The notes beneath the pieces were generated by a model. That model ran no database searches and was not told the origin of the DNA. It saw only the letters and a list, made by a program, of their open reading frames with translations. Positions 39,401-51,714 of a DNA stretch of 64,000 nucleotides are shown piece by piece. The stretch comes from Lingula anatina (taxonomy: Eukaryota > Animalia > Brachiopoda): assembly GCA_051362555.1 (NCBI GenBank), contig CM120642.1, positions 23,312,001 through 23,376,000 on the forward strand. Direction: 5' to 3'. Position 1 is the stretch's first letter. The number at the start of each line of letters is the position of its first letter. Both the position numbers and the translations under genes were made by a program.

Positions 39401-42400
39401 TCATGGATATTCAGAAAATGTGACTAGCCTATAGAGTTCAGGGTCATACTTTGAAAATCCCAAAATGTAAACAAGAGAAAACTGTATTGAAAGAGTTTAT
39501 TTCCATTTTCAACACCTTTTTTACATAAAGCAAAATAATCAATTTATTGTCATTTTTATATGATCAATCAAAAAATATGTTGTAAAATCAAAAATATCAA
39601 TAGAACAATTATAAATGTCCAACTTGCTCCATTCTGAAATTCTGAACATAGTGAATGGTTGAATCTGACAAACTGTAAATATATGTTTTTTTTTCCATTT
39701 TGGTCACTTATTAAACAATACACAATATCAGGTTTACCATTATTTTTTTATAATCAACTAACAATGTTGTTAAGATGCAGAAAATGTCAAAAGAACAACT
39801 TAACATATCTAATTAGTTCAAAAATGAGACTGTTAGCATGCCTGAGAATTAAATTTGAGAGAAAAAATCACTTGTATACAAAAAAAAAGGCATAACTTCA
39901 CCAAACCTTTACTGATCAAGCTTATTTTCAAAACTTAATCTGTATTTCAGTAACACTGATCACTACTGTGAATTTCAAGACAATTGGGCAATCGATTTTC
40001 CTTAAAATGTGTTATAGGTGTTGCATATATGCTGAAAAAAAGTGAAAAAACAGCAAAACTTTTATAAAAATGCTCTGATCATGCCAATTTTCAAACTTGA
40101 CTTGCGTATTATAGATATTCATCAGTTCTGTAAGTTTCATGCCAAAAGGTAAAATGGTTTTTCAAATATTGTGTTATCGGTGTTGCATAAATGCTGAAAA
40201 AAGTGAGAAAACTGCATAACTTCAATATAAATGGCCTGATCACGCTGATTTTCGAACTTGACCTGCATTTTAAGAATATTCATCAGTTCTGTAAGTTTCA
40301 TGCCAAAAGGTAAAACGGTTTTTCAAATATTGTGATATCGGTGTTGCATAAATGTTGAAAAAAGTGAAAAAACTGCATTACTTCCATATTAATGGCCCGA
40401 TCATGCTGATTTTCGAACTTGACCTGCGTATTATGAATATTCATCAGTTCTGTAAGTTTCAAGCCAAAAGGTAAAATGATTTTCCACTTATCGTGTTATC
40501 GGTGCTGCATATATGCTGAAAAAAGTGAAAAAACAGCATAAATTCCCCAAAAATGGCCCGATCATGCTGATTTTCGAACTTGACCTGAGTATTATGAATA
40601 TTCATCAGTTCTGTAAGTTTCAAGCCAAAAGGTAAAATGATTTTCCACTTATCGTGTTATCGGTGCTGCATATATGCTGAAAAAAGTGAAAAAACAGCAT
40701 AAATTCCCTATAAGTGACCCGATCATGCTGATTTTCGAACTTGACCTGAGTATTATGAATATTCATCAGTTCTGTAAGTTTCAAGCCAAAAGGTAAAATG
40801 ATTTTCCACTTATCGTGTTATCGGTGCTGCATATATGCTGAAAAAAGTGAAACAAGGCAGCAAAGCTGTCAAATGTACAGACAAAGAACAGAAAATAAAG
40901 ATGCAAATAAGTGAAAAATTAAATTTTCACAAAAAACTGTTAAATTGCCAGAAAAATTTACCAAACAGACTGCGTTGCCTATTGAAGCTGTATGTTAGAC
41001 CCATGTTTCTTTCCTGTAAGTTTGAGAACAGTAAGTGACATGATTTCCCTTAAATGGTCAGCATAGGAGCAGTGCCCAAAATAGGGGTTTCTTCAAATTT
41101 TGATGCAACATTACATAATGTATAACAGCATAATGACAATCAAATGTTATTAATAAAATATTAGTAACATGGACATTCAGAAAATGTGACAAGCAAAAGT
41201 CTTCAAGATCATGGAACTTTAAAGTCACACCTTGTAAATGCCAATATGTGAAAAATTAAATTTTCACAAAAAACTGTTTAACTGCCAAAAAAAAATAAAT
41301 AAATAAATAAAAATACAAAACAGACTGCATTGCCTACTGAAGCTGTATTTTAGTCCCATGTTTCTTTCCTGTAAGTTTGAGAACAGTAAGTGACATGATT
41401 TTCCTTAAATGGTCATCATGGAAGCAGTGCCCAAAATAGGGGTTTCTTCAAATTTTGATGCAATATTACATAATGTTTAACAGCTTAATGACCATCAATT
41501 TTTAATTATAAAATATTTGTTTCACAGATATTCAGAAAATGTGACTAGCAAAGGTCTTCAGGCCCATGGAACTTCAAAGTCACTCCTTGAACATAAAACA
41601 AAATAAACATTTTACTGCCATTTTTATATGTCCAACTAAGAAAATTGAAGAGATGGGAAAAGTATCAATAGAACAGTGTTAAATGTCCAATTTCCTCCAT
41701 TCTGAGATTCTGAACATAGTGGATGATTGAATCTGACAAAATGCAATGATATGAGTTTATTTCCATTTTTGACACTTTATTACACAATACATGATAACAA
41801 GTTTACCATGTTTTTTACATAATCAACTAACAATGTTGTAAAGATGCAGGAAATATCAAACAAATACTTTTAGGCATCTTATTAGTTAAATAATGAGACT
41901 GCTAACATGCCTAATAATTGAAGCTGAGGAAATGTGAAAAACAGTATAACTTCTAAAATAATGGCCCGATTATGCTGATTTTCGAACTCAACCTGCGTTT
42001 TAGTAAGATTGACCACTCCTGTGAGTATAATTACAATTGGCCAATCCGTTTTTCTTATATTGTGTTATCAGTGTTGTATTTATATTGAAAATAGTGAAAA
42101 AACAGCATAAATTCCCTAAAAGTGGCCCGATCATGCTGATTTTCGAACTTGACCTGCGTATTACGAATATTCATCAGTTCTGTAAGTTTCAAGTCAAAAG
42201 GTAAAATGGTTTTCCACTTATCGTGTTATCGGTGCTGCATATATGCTGAAAAAAGTGAAAAAACAGCATAAATTCCCTAAAAGTGGCCCGATCATGCTGA
42301 TTTTCGAACTTGACCTGCGTATTATGAATATTCATCAGTTTCATAAGTTTCAAGCCAAAAAGTAATATGGTTTTCCATCTATCGTGTTATCGGTGCTGCA

Positions 42401-44660
42401 TATATGCTGAAAAAAGTGAAAAAACAGCATAAATTCCCTAAAAATGGCCCGATCATGCTGATTTTCGAACTTGACCTGCGTATTATGAATATTCATCAAT
42501 TCTGTAAGTTTCAAACCAAAAGAAAAAACGGTTTTCCACTTATCGTGTTATCGGTAAAAGTGCACGGCGACGACAGCGACGGCGACGGCGACGACAGACG
42601 CAGGTGATGGCTGTATGTACAGACACATCTGTGTCTGTACATAAAAACAGAGAGATGACCTAAAAGTCAAAGTGGCCATAACAAATTAGGAATACCTGAC
42701 TGCCATACTCACCCTGCCCATTCCACTGTGAGCCAACTGCTGTTGCTGAGACACAGCTCCAAATTGTGTTATTTATACAAAAGGGCTAATAACTTCATCA
42801 AAACTTAACTGATCAAGCTTATTTTCAAACTTGATCTGTATACTAGTCAGACTGATCACTCCTGAGAGTTTCAAGACAAAAGGCTGATTGGTTTTCCTTA
42901 AAATGTGTTATCAGTGTTGCATATATGCTGAATAATGGGAAAAAACAGCATAACTTTAAATTTGTAAAAATAGTCCAATCAAGCCAATTTTCGAACTTGA
43001 CCTGCGTATTATTAATATTCATCAGTTCTGTAAGTTTCAAGCCAAAAGGTAAAATGGTTTTCCACTTATCATGTTATCGGTGCTGCAAATATGCTGAAAA
43101 AAGTGAAAAAACAGCATAACTTCCCTAAAAATGGCCCGATCATGCTGATTTTCGAACTTGACCTGCGTATTATGAATATTTATCAGTTTTGTAAGTTTCA
43201 AGCCAAAAGGTAAAATTGTTTTCCACTTATCATGTTATCGGTGCTGCATATATGCTGAAAAAAGTGAAAAAACAGCATAACTTCCCTAAAAATGGCCCGA
43301 TCATGCTGATTTTCGAACTTGACCTGCGTATTATGAATATTCATCAGTTCTGTAAGTTTCAAGCCAAAAGGTAAAATGGTTTTCCACTTATCGTGTTATC
43401 GGTGCTGCATATATGCTGAAAAAAGTGAAAAAACAGCATAACTACCCTAAAAATGGCCCGATCATGCTGATTTTCGAACTTGACCTGCGTATTATGAATA
43501 TTCATCAATTCTGTAAGTTTCAAACCAAAAGAAAAAACGGTTTTCCACTTATCGTGTTATCGGTAAAAGTGCACGGCGACGACGGCGACGGCGACGACAG
43601 ACGCAGGTGATGGCTATATGTACAGACACATCTGTGTCTGTACATAAAAACAGCATAAATTCCCTATAAGTGACCCGATCATGCTGATTTTCGAACTTGA
43701 CCTGCGTATTACGAATATTCATCAGTTCTGTAAGTTTCAAGCCAAAAGAAAAAACAGTTTTCCACTTATCGTGTTATCGGTAAAAGTGCACGGCGACGAC
43801 GGCGACGGCGACGGCGACGACAGACGCAGATGATGGCTATATGTACAGACACATCTGTGTCTGTACATAAAAATACTCCTATGGAGAGTAAAATTGTTTC
43901 TTTATCACCACTACCTTTTCCTGTTCAAGAGCCAGTACTCTGGACTGTGACTGGGCTGCTGTTGTTTTAAATGTATCATTCCTCTGTTCCAACATCACAT
44001 TGCTTTGTTCTACAAAACTGGAAATAATAATAATATGGAACAAATGACAAAATTAATTGTTTCAGTTTTAAATTCTCAATTCTTCCCATCATGGTTATAA
44101 TCATGTACTGATACTGAAAGCGAACTGCTGCCTTTGCACTCTGATCATAATAATGATCACCCTCAACATGTAATTATAATAATTAAAATTTGTCAGCTCA
44201 TAATAACCATGATTAAGAATAATTCGACTGTCATATAAAAAAAAACTTAAATGCTGTTTTTAATTTTTTTCAGCAGAAAATGTAATTACCTCTGATTTCT
44301 TTGTAATAAGTCAGCAATTTTCTCATTCTGACTCTCTATCCTTGCACTCTTTTCAAATATTTCTTTCTTCAATCTTTCATTTTCCTGAAAAAGAAGCTCC
44401 ATTATCATTCTCAAGACATTATACATAACAGTTTATTAGTAAAAACTTTTAAAATGCTAATCAATATGCTTGTTACAATAACACCAAATGATTCAGCTGC
44501 ATTTGTCAATTTTTATACACTTTTGTTGAATTCTTTTTTTCTTTACTTAAATCAAAGTCTTTCAAAAGTCCTGAATATGCTTCAGTTGTAATGGGACCCA
44601 CACATTAGCCAGTACTATTTTCTGTATATTCTGTTAGATATAAAATTAAACAAAATTATT

Positions 44661-44703
<43 letters not shown>

Positions 44704-46437
44704 ACATTTTCCCATGGTTTTCACTGTCTCCAGTGAACAGAAGCCCTAAATATGACAGTCTCATAGGTAACATGTTTAATCTCTATTGTAACGATTAATA
44801 TTTAAAAATCATTATTGTAATTTATTTCATAAAAGGTCATTCCCTTTAATTTCTAAGGGGTGGGGTTGGGGGTGGGGGTGGGGTTTTTTAGGGGTGCAGG
44901 AGAATGAGAGCAGGTTACCTGTATTATTCTCTGTATGTTCTGTAACAAAACTCCTGCTTCCATGTTGGGTAGGTTTCCAGGCAGAGCCAGACTTGAACCT
45001 CCTCCATGGACTTGCAGATGATCTAACTAGAATGACAGAATGTATAGAACAAATGCATGATTTATAAAGATATTTTCATTTAACAAGTGTGATCTCCAGT
45101 GATATTATTCATATACACATCAATCAATCAATCTCCACTCATTAGATTTATTTCTTTATTCGAGTTCCTTTTCTTACAAAAAGAGGACTAGGAAGAGGAA
45201 GACAAGTATATAATTATGATTTATACCATGAATATCAGATCTTGAACTTAAAAAAAATTATAATACTTGGTTTATCTCTTAAAATTGCTCACCAAAGTAA
45301 AATTTAAATCATTTACAACAGAAAAACAAATTAGGCTAAAATACATCAGAAACATTTCTTTAAACTATTTTTTCACAGAAAGTTTTAAGCTGGCCACTCA
45401 TTATATTAATTTTATTATCACCTCACCTTCTTATGCACCTCATCTACTTTATCAGCAATCTTCCCAATGGCTAGCCTGATCTCTGTGTTCTGTTGTCTTG
45501 TCTCCGACATCAGGATGGGTGTGGTCACATCACCCCCTGGGGGTGGCTGGGGGGCAGCCTGGGGGTATGGCTGTGACACTGGGGGTTGCCCTGGAAACAT
45601 TAACCATGCATCCAAATATTCATTGAGTTGAATTATGTTTAGTATATTTCAAAGATTTTGAGTCATTTTAAAGAAGAAAATAATTCAAGAGTGCAGACCT
45701 CAGTCAAGGAAAAAAGAGAATTGCTGATGAGGATTACAGAAATTTTCTTTTTTAATATTTGAGGACCTGGATGCAGCTGAAATTGCAATCACTTCTTTCC
45801 TTCTTAAATAACTGCTAAAAATTTCTTCAAAATTTGTGGAAAACTTTTTTACATATCTTGTTTTTAACAATACAGTGCTGTTAGAAGCATGACCTTCTTC
45901 TTTACTATATCTGTATTTAAATTAAAGACATAAAAAAATACAATAAAGATAAGTTATCAATGCTAATCAGCAAGGAGTACATAGGACCGTCTTATAAACA
46001 CTGCATGGTAAAATAATATCTTTTATCTGTCACTCTTTTGGGATTATGCCATGTCAGCATTTCATATTCAAATCATGCAAAATATGAACAAAGTACACAG
46101 GATGAAGGATCTCTTATCATTCAACAATCATGTGCAGAAATATTAAAGTCTAAGTTTAATATTAACAAAGCAGAACTATAATATTAAGTACAAGATAAAT
46201 GAGTTGTTTACCTGGGAACTGCTGATACATGCTGTTGTACTGTGGAGGAGGTGGCTGCTGGTAACCATAGGGCTGCTGGAATGGCGGCTAGAATAGTATA
46301 AACATATGTATCATATATCAGCTTAGGAAGGCATTTGTGTAGACAACTTCTCTCTGTCTTTAAAATAATAAGAAGATGAAAAAAGTTGTAGATGGAATAA
46401 CTGCACCTGTAATTAAGCATAAAGACATAACAAGAAA

Positions 46438-46499
<62 letters not shown>

Positions 46500-49400
46500 C
46501 CTACTCCAATTGTATTAAAATCTTTACCTGGAATTGTGGCTGCATAGGCATCCCTGGTATTTGTGACTGGTAGACAGCAACTTGTGACGATACTGGCGCA
46601 GCAGCAGTAGCCATAGGTGGCACCACTGGCTGACTGACCATGATAGGCTGCTGATGCTGTGCTGTTACTGTAGGTTGGAATGCTGCTGCTGCTGGGACTG
46701 GTTTCTGTGGCTGTGGCTGGGCAACATGAGCTGAGAGCTGAGGCTGTTCTGTAACAGGAGCAGGTGAGGGGCTCTCCTGAAAAGAAGAAAGTTTATACTT
46801 TAATAATTACTAGAAAACTTTGTAAGAATGGAGACCTCTGCCAAGGGCAAAGGAAGTTACTGAAAGGGATGAAAAAAAAAATTTTTTTTTCAAATGTTAG
46901 GAGATCATTATTTAGCTGAAATTGTTATCACTTCTTTCTCTCCTGAATAATTGGCTATCCTGAAAATTTCAGCAAAACTTGTGTAGAACTTTTTGAGACA
47001 CTTTTTCCATTAACAAGCAGACATGCACAGACAAACAGAAAAAAAAACGATGCCAAGAAAAACAAGTGTCTTTGTTGGTGGAAGTCAATAAAATACCTTA
47101 GGTGGTTCGAGATGAGTGCATGGAAGTCTGACAAGGTGTATATACCACACTGTCTCTATAAAACACCATGCATTCTCAAGGAATATCACCACATTATGAT
47201 GAATATTGGGCATGTGTGCTAGTTCTGTCCAGGTAGCACACATTACAATTTAGTTGAACATGAATACTGTAACTGTTGTAATAAGTCATATGTAGTAGCA
47301 TTTCAGAGCATTTAATTTTTAAAGAAAACTCTTATTTTTCAGAATGTAAACATAAGATTCCTCACCAGGCTAGTTAAATCATAAGATAATTTGCAATTTT
47401 CATTCATATGTTTCCTGATAACTGAAACAAAAAATCTATTATCTTCTCGTTAAAACCATCCTAGCATAGGCCAAGATATCTTGGTGCACTTGGAATACAA
47501 GTTGCACTGTCTATACACTGTCTATACACATTTACTCACAGATACTGGTTCCTCATCTGTATCTGGCTCAGCAGCCACAGCTCCACCTAGTGGTAACATA
47601 GGTTGACCCATCTTCTTCATACGGGAGATAAGCTTGGCCTTATCACTGCTGTGCTGTAAAATATATCTTAACATGTCATTATCATAACATTTGTTATTTC
47701 AATTTTAAGAGTTCACTGTTTATCTGTCAAATGTCTGTGTTAAATGTTTTCAGGAACAAATTGTCTGTTTGAAGTGCTTGGATTTGCATAATTAAGACCT
47801 GTTCAAAAAGATTATGCCCACCAAAACTTCCATCCTGCACTTACAAATTAAAATTTCAATGTCTGTTTTTTTTTTTTTTTTTGTTTTTTTAGTACCTCAC
47901 AATTACTGAAAATATATCACTATTATCAAATAATATCTAATCCCATAGAGCTCAAACAGCATACTGAGACTGATAAGTAGATTTTCAAACTATAAAAATA
48001 GTGCAAACAGTGGCTATTTCTACCTACATGTGAGAGCTGCTCTGTGATGGACTTGCTCCTAGACTTCACCGAGTCTTCCTGGTGTGTCTCTGGGATGTCA
48101 AGGCTGGCAGCAGGGGGAGGAGTGGCACTACTGGACGCCTGCTCAGGGACATGTTCCTTGGACAGCTTCACCTGGTGGAGGACAAAATACTCTTAATAAT
48201 TATAATAATAATAATAATTATAATAATAATAATAATAACAACACACACATACACAATTTTGATTTGGATGGTACATTCATTACATTGAAAATTATAAGCT
48301 TGAGAACACATTTAACTGTTAACAGACTAACACTTTTCCCCTTGTTTCCAAAGTGTTCATATAATCACCAGCTTCTCTGTATTCTACTTATGGCCAGGAA
48401 GAGGGGTGTTAATCTGGTTGCATTCAGTGAGAGTCCCCTAACATATTATCAAATTTAACATCCCCTTAAAAGAATTCCAATGTTTCTTTCTGTCAGCATC
48501 CAGCTTTTTGAGAAACATAAACACATTTTTATCACACAAACTCTTATAATTATTCTACAGATAACAAGCTCACCTACCCTGACAATTTCTACCTCAAATA
48601 TGAGAGTAGAGCTGGGTGGTACCCTGGCCCCCATACCCTGTGTACCATAGGCCAGATGAGGTGGAATGATCAGCAAACGTTTGCTGCCTTTCTTCATTCC
48701 TATCACACCATCATCCCAGCCCTGTGCAAAACATGAAAACAATCATTTCAAATGATTTATCTTTAAAATACAGAGCTTTTTCATTCAAAAATACATTCTA
48801 AAATCACTGATCACATTTGTCATTTTTTGTTATTTATTTGGCTACTAGGTATACATCGTCAAGGTTATTTTTTCAAAATTGCATTATTCATGGATACAGT
48901 AACTTCAAATATAGACCTTACCTTTATGACTTTTCCTTTGCCCACCTTGAATCGAAAAAGTTTTTCTGCACTAGCATTGCTATCAAACACCTGAAGTAAA
49001 AACACTTGTTTAGATATTTTCATTTGAAGACCGATATAACAAAATTACAATAAATGTTTCACAGTTATAGATTCTATCACAACTCTCAAAAGGGTCGATG
49101 CAAGGGAAATCTGACCACTCTCTACTTACCTGCCCAAAGGTATTATTCTGCAGCAGCCAGCCTGTATACTTCACCTCTGCACTATCCCCACTCTCGAGGG
49201 CGCCACCATCACCCAAGACAAGCTCCTGAGATACAGTGCCTGTGAGAGCATTGCCTGAACTGTTAGCCTTGGCCAGAGCAACCTTAGAACATATCAACAA
49301 GATAGGTCAAAGGAATTTCTACATTTTGAGTTCCTGTGATACATGTCCAATAGCTACAGTGAAAGCACTGCTTCAATTCATTACTTTTCAACCTAAGTAA

Positions 49401-51280
49401 GGTGATTTGAATGGACATGAAAACTTAAACAGTATAGAACTAGGGATACTGAAAATTTTATCACATTAAAAAAATGAGACAAAGTATTAAATTACTTCTT
49501 GACTCGCTTCTTATACCTTTTTGGTTTTTGACTTACATGTTTTGCAAATTGCACTGCACTATCAGTGCTGTCAAAGTTGAGAGACCAGTTCTGTCTGGCA
49601 TCATCATAGAAGTTAGCATAATTGTTGGCTTGAATCTGGAATTAATATAAAAGCAATGCATTACACCAAGGAAAAGATTCTACTTATCATTATATTTCAT
49701 ATATTGTTTGCTCTTAATCCTGACATTCATAAACCATGCTATTTAGGATACACAAGTAAATAAATTCACACTTCAACTGACATGCCATGATGCTCACAGT
49801 AATATACCAGTATATATATAATAATCAGATATACATATTTATGCTAATAATAAAAAGTCACTCACTGTAAAATTAAAGCTGGAAGAAATTCTTGCTGTGG
49901 TAACTTGCTGTTGCTTGCTGACATAGAGAAGCAACTTGTACTACAAAGAAATATTGATGCAGAAACATTACACAACTCATTCAAAAAGTAAATTGTATTC
50001 TTTATTATTATATACACATCAAATACTTTTTATCAAGTCTTTTAATTTGTCTCATTTTGAATTATTCAACAAATGCAAATATGTTGAAAGGTATTTTTAT
50101 CAACATTATCATTAATACTTGTCGTAAAAATAGCATGTATTTAGTATTATAAGCATGCAGTACCTGCAGTTGTAATCAGGAAAATTATTTGATAATTGAT
50201 CTGTTTTTTTTTTCTTATCCCTCTATTATATATATCTGCAATGGTTTATTTATTTTAAGAGGCACCAGAAATGTAAAGATACTTACATCTTTTGCTTCAT
50301 GACTACCCACTATAGCAGCACCAAGTTTTCCCTGGCTGGCATACTGATTGTTTACACTGGAACAGTGGAAAGTCTCCTTTACAAGTTGTGTGGTAACAAT
50401 ACTAGCCCCTTAACTTAAGCAAAACAGGTTTAAATTGTTTGTTAACTGATAAAGCATCTATTTGTAAACTACAATAAAGTACTAAATGCCAACCCCTTAA
50501 AAGATTTCACTCTAAAATAAAACCTAAACTATATTATAGTGTTTGAAAACTTCCTTTACGTGATAATAAACACCAGTAAGTATTCATCAGTTTATGTGAG
50601 TGAAACACTGCCTACACTGTACAGTAGATTTACATAACATATTGATAAAATCAATCAATATGCCATCCATACTAAATTGAGTTGTGTTGTAGAATGCATA
50701 AAAAAACACACACACAACAAAAATTCTAATTTCAATAACTCAGCACCATCCCACCATACTCACAATTTATATGTCTGTACAGCACAGGCATGGAGTACTG
50801 CAGGAGCGCCCCCTTGAGGCTGTGCCTGGGCTGGTCTGGGCTGCTTTGGGGCAGTGTACTTCAGGGACTCATTGCCACCCTGATTGGAAGCCTGGTCGAT
50901 GCCAAATATAGAGGCTAGTTTGGAGCTGGAATCATGTATAAATTGGTGAGCGATTTGGTAAGGGGCAAAATAAAAGCAAAACAGTTCATTAATGCTTGCG
51001 GATCTTCCATAAAGAGCACAAGACTGTTTGACATATTTTGACTAAATCAATGTGAAAAGTAAACCGGCTAATTCCAATATCATTTTTATTTATTCAAGTG
51101 TGTTTATGCCTCCAAATTCCCGTGTGACAACCGCTACTTGTCACCACCCCCAACTCATCAGTGAACAGGAAGTGAACCTTTTTTTCTTTGATAAAACAAC
51201 ATAATCACATCTCAAATATCTCACCCGCCTCCAGTTAGCGAGAAATCCTGGTCATCGTCATCTGCAGTAAAAAACGACAT
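31421..51280 (-). CDS. FKBP15: FK506-binding protein 15 (FKBP15/WAFL), 1291 aa, 30 coding exons: WH1-like domain, FKBP PPIase domain, Pro/Gln-rich linker, coiled coil, acidic tail
   Basis: Minus-strand exons: 51280-51225, 50925-50764, 50356-50287, 49940-49866, 49635-49537, 49282-49130, 48990-48922, 48721-48578, 48171-48028, 47653-47540, 46776-46528, 46287-46212, 45590-45427, 45026-44919, 44384-44290, 44017-43915, 38312-38141, 37648-37512, 37317-37234, 36927-36856, 36618-36466, 36097-36005, 35718-35527, 35147-35040, 34738-34195, 34019-33957, 33636-33541, 33049-32959, 32365-32251, 31495-31421. Sum 3876 nt, phases consistent, all GT-AG. Diagnostic motifs: [50 protein letters not shown] and C-terminal [18 protein letters not shown]. 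Confidence 0.96.
36388..36437. repeat. (GA)n microsatellite
   Basis: Seen directly. Confidence 0.95.
39900..43780. repeat. 161-bp tandem repeat arrays (about 15 units in three to four blocks: ~39900-40850, ~41930-42555, ~42790-43565, 43651-43780)
   Basis: The anchor ggtgctgca recurs at 40501/40662/40823, 42231/42392 and 43079/43240/43401, giving a period of 161. Confidence 0.92.
40851..43650 (-). mobile_element. Nested HINE insert (copy B, with an extra internal 5' terminus at 42614-42647) inside a 161-bp repeat of copy A
   Basis: The same 3' terminus aacaaggcagcaaagctgtcaaatgtacagacaaa occurs at 40851 and the same 5' hairpin at 43617-43646. The interrupted unit ...aaaaaagtga| resumes at 43651 as cagcataaattccctataagtgacccgatc. 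Confidence 0.8.
45686..45900. mobile_element. Degenerate interspersed repeat (HINE/MITE-like), copy 1
   Basis: Shares gacctc(a/t)g(t/c)caagg and gctgaaattg..atcacttctttc...aaaatttc...aacttttt with 46822-47092. Confidence 0.45.
46439..46497. repeat. (CA)n microsatellite
   Basis: Seen directly. Confidence 0.95.
46822..47092. mobile_element. Degenerate interspersed repeat (HINE/MITE-like), copy 2
   Basis: Homologous to 45686-45900. Imperfect subterminal IR gacctctgccaa / ttggtggaagtc and a cagaca-type microsatellite remnant. Confidence 0.45.
48578..49282 (-). other. FKBP-type peptidyl-prolyl isomerase domain of FKBP15 (exons 6-8)
   Basis: [12 protein letters not shown]...VFDSN...[39 protein letters not shown]...[15 protein letters not shown] is the canonical FKBP_C signature. 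Confidence 0.95.
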
Positions 51281-51714
51281 GATCCTTCACATGATAGGCA
51301 TGAATCGAATGTTTTGTTTGGAGTTCCTTTGAAGAAAGTCACAAGACAGGAACATAGGACATACAAGGTCGGTGTCAGGCCTAATTTTAGTTTCGTCAAG
51401 GCAGTGAAAACAAATATGCACACCGGAATAATAATAGGAAATATATTACAATAAATCATTGAAAATCATATGATTAGACAAAAATGAAGTTTAAGTTTGG
51501 GGTTACTCGAATGGTAGTGAAATTGTATGTCTAAACAATTTATGAATGACCGTCGGCTTTGAAAAATCTAAATTGGGCTTTGAATGAAGGACTTCCGGGT
51601 CAGCAACAAGGAGTTACGTGACGCAAATCCTGGTAGTGTTGTTTCAGGACAAACAGTGACAAGCGGTAGACGTGCACGGCATATGGACCATTTCAACAAA
51701 CCAGGAGTCTAAAG
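51281..51714. promoter_or_regulatory. Bidirectional promoter / 5' UTR region of FKBP15 and CTR1, including the probable non-coding CTR1 exon 1 (donor AAG|gtaggt at 51714/51715)
   Basis: Locally CpG-rich. Perfect ETS/GABP site ACTTCCGG at 51591-51598, ATF/CEBP-like TTACGTGACGCAA at 51614-51626, MRE core TGCACAC at 51417-51423. The FKBP15 ATG is at 51280 on the - strand. Confidence 0.7.

Larger units (their letters stand above)
38606..43873 (-). mobile_element. Non-autonomous Helentron-associated element (HINE/DINE-1-like), outer copy A, in FKBP15 intron 16
   Basis: On -, the 5' end is a T-run plus a 13-bp stem hairpin TATGTACAGACAC-agat-GTGTCTGTACATA (43840-43869), then a (GTCGCC)n microsatellite and 161-bp central repeats. 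The 3' end has the subTIR TGTCTGTACAT, a short hairpin GACAGC-ttt-GCTGCC and TTGT (38606-38640). No TSD; both ends sit in A/T runs. Confidence 0.8.

Noticed and set aside
40835-43740. Repeated ORFs such as MLKKVKKQH...[11 protein letters not shown]
   Set aside because: They are translations of the 161-bp repeat and microsatellite, with no transposase or Rep/helicase motifs.
44857-44883. G-run cluster with G-quadruplex potential
   Set aside because: A simple intronic G-rich tract like other poly-G/C runs in the window, with no sign of function.
51417-51423. Single MRE core as proof of MTF-1 control
   Set aside because: TGCRCNC is expected about every few kb at this base composition; noted only as context.
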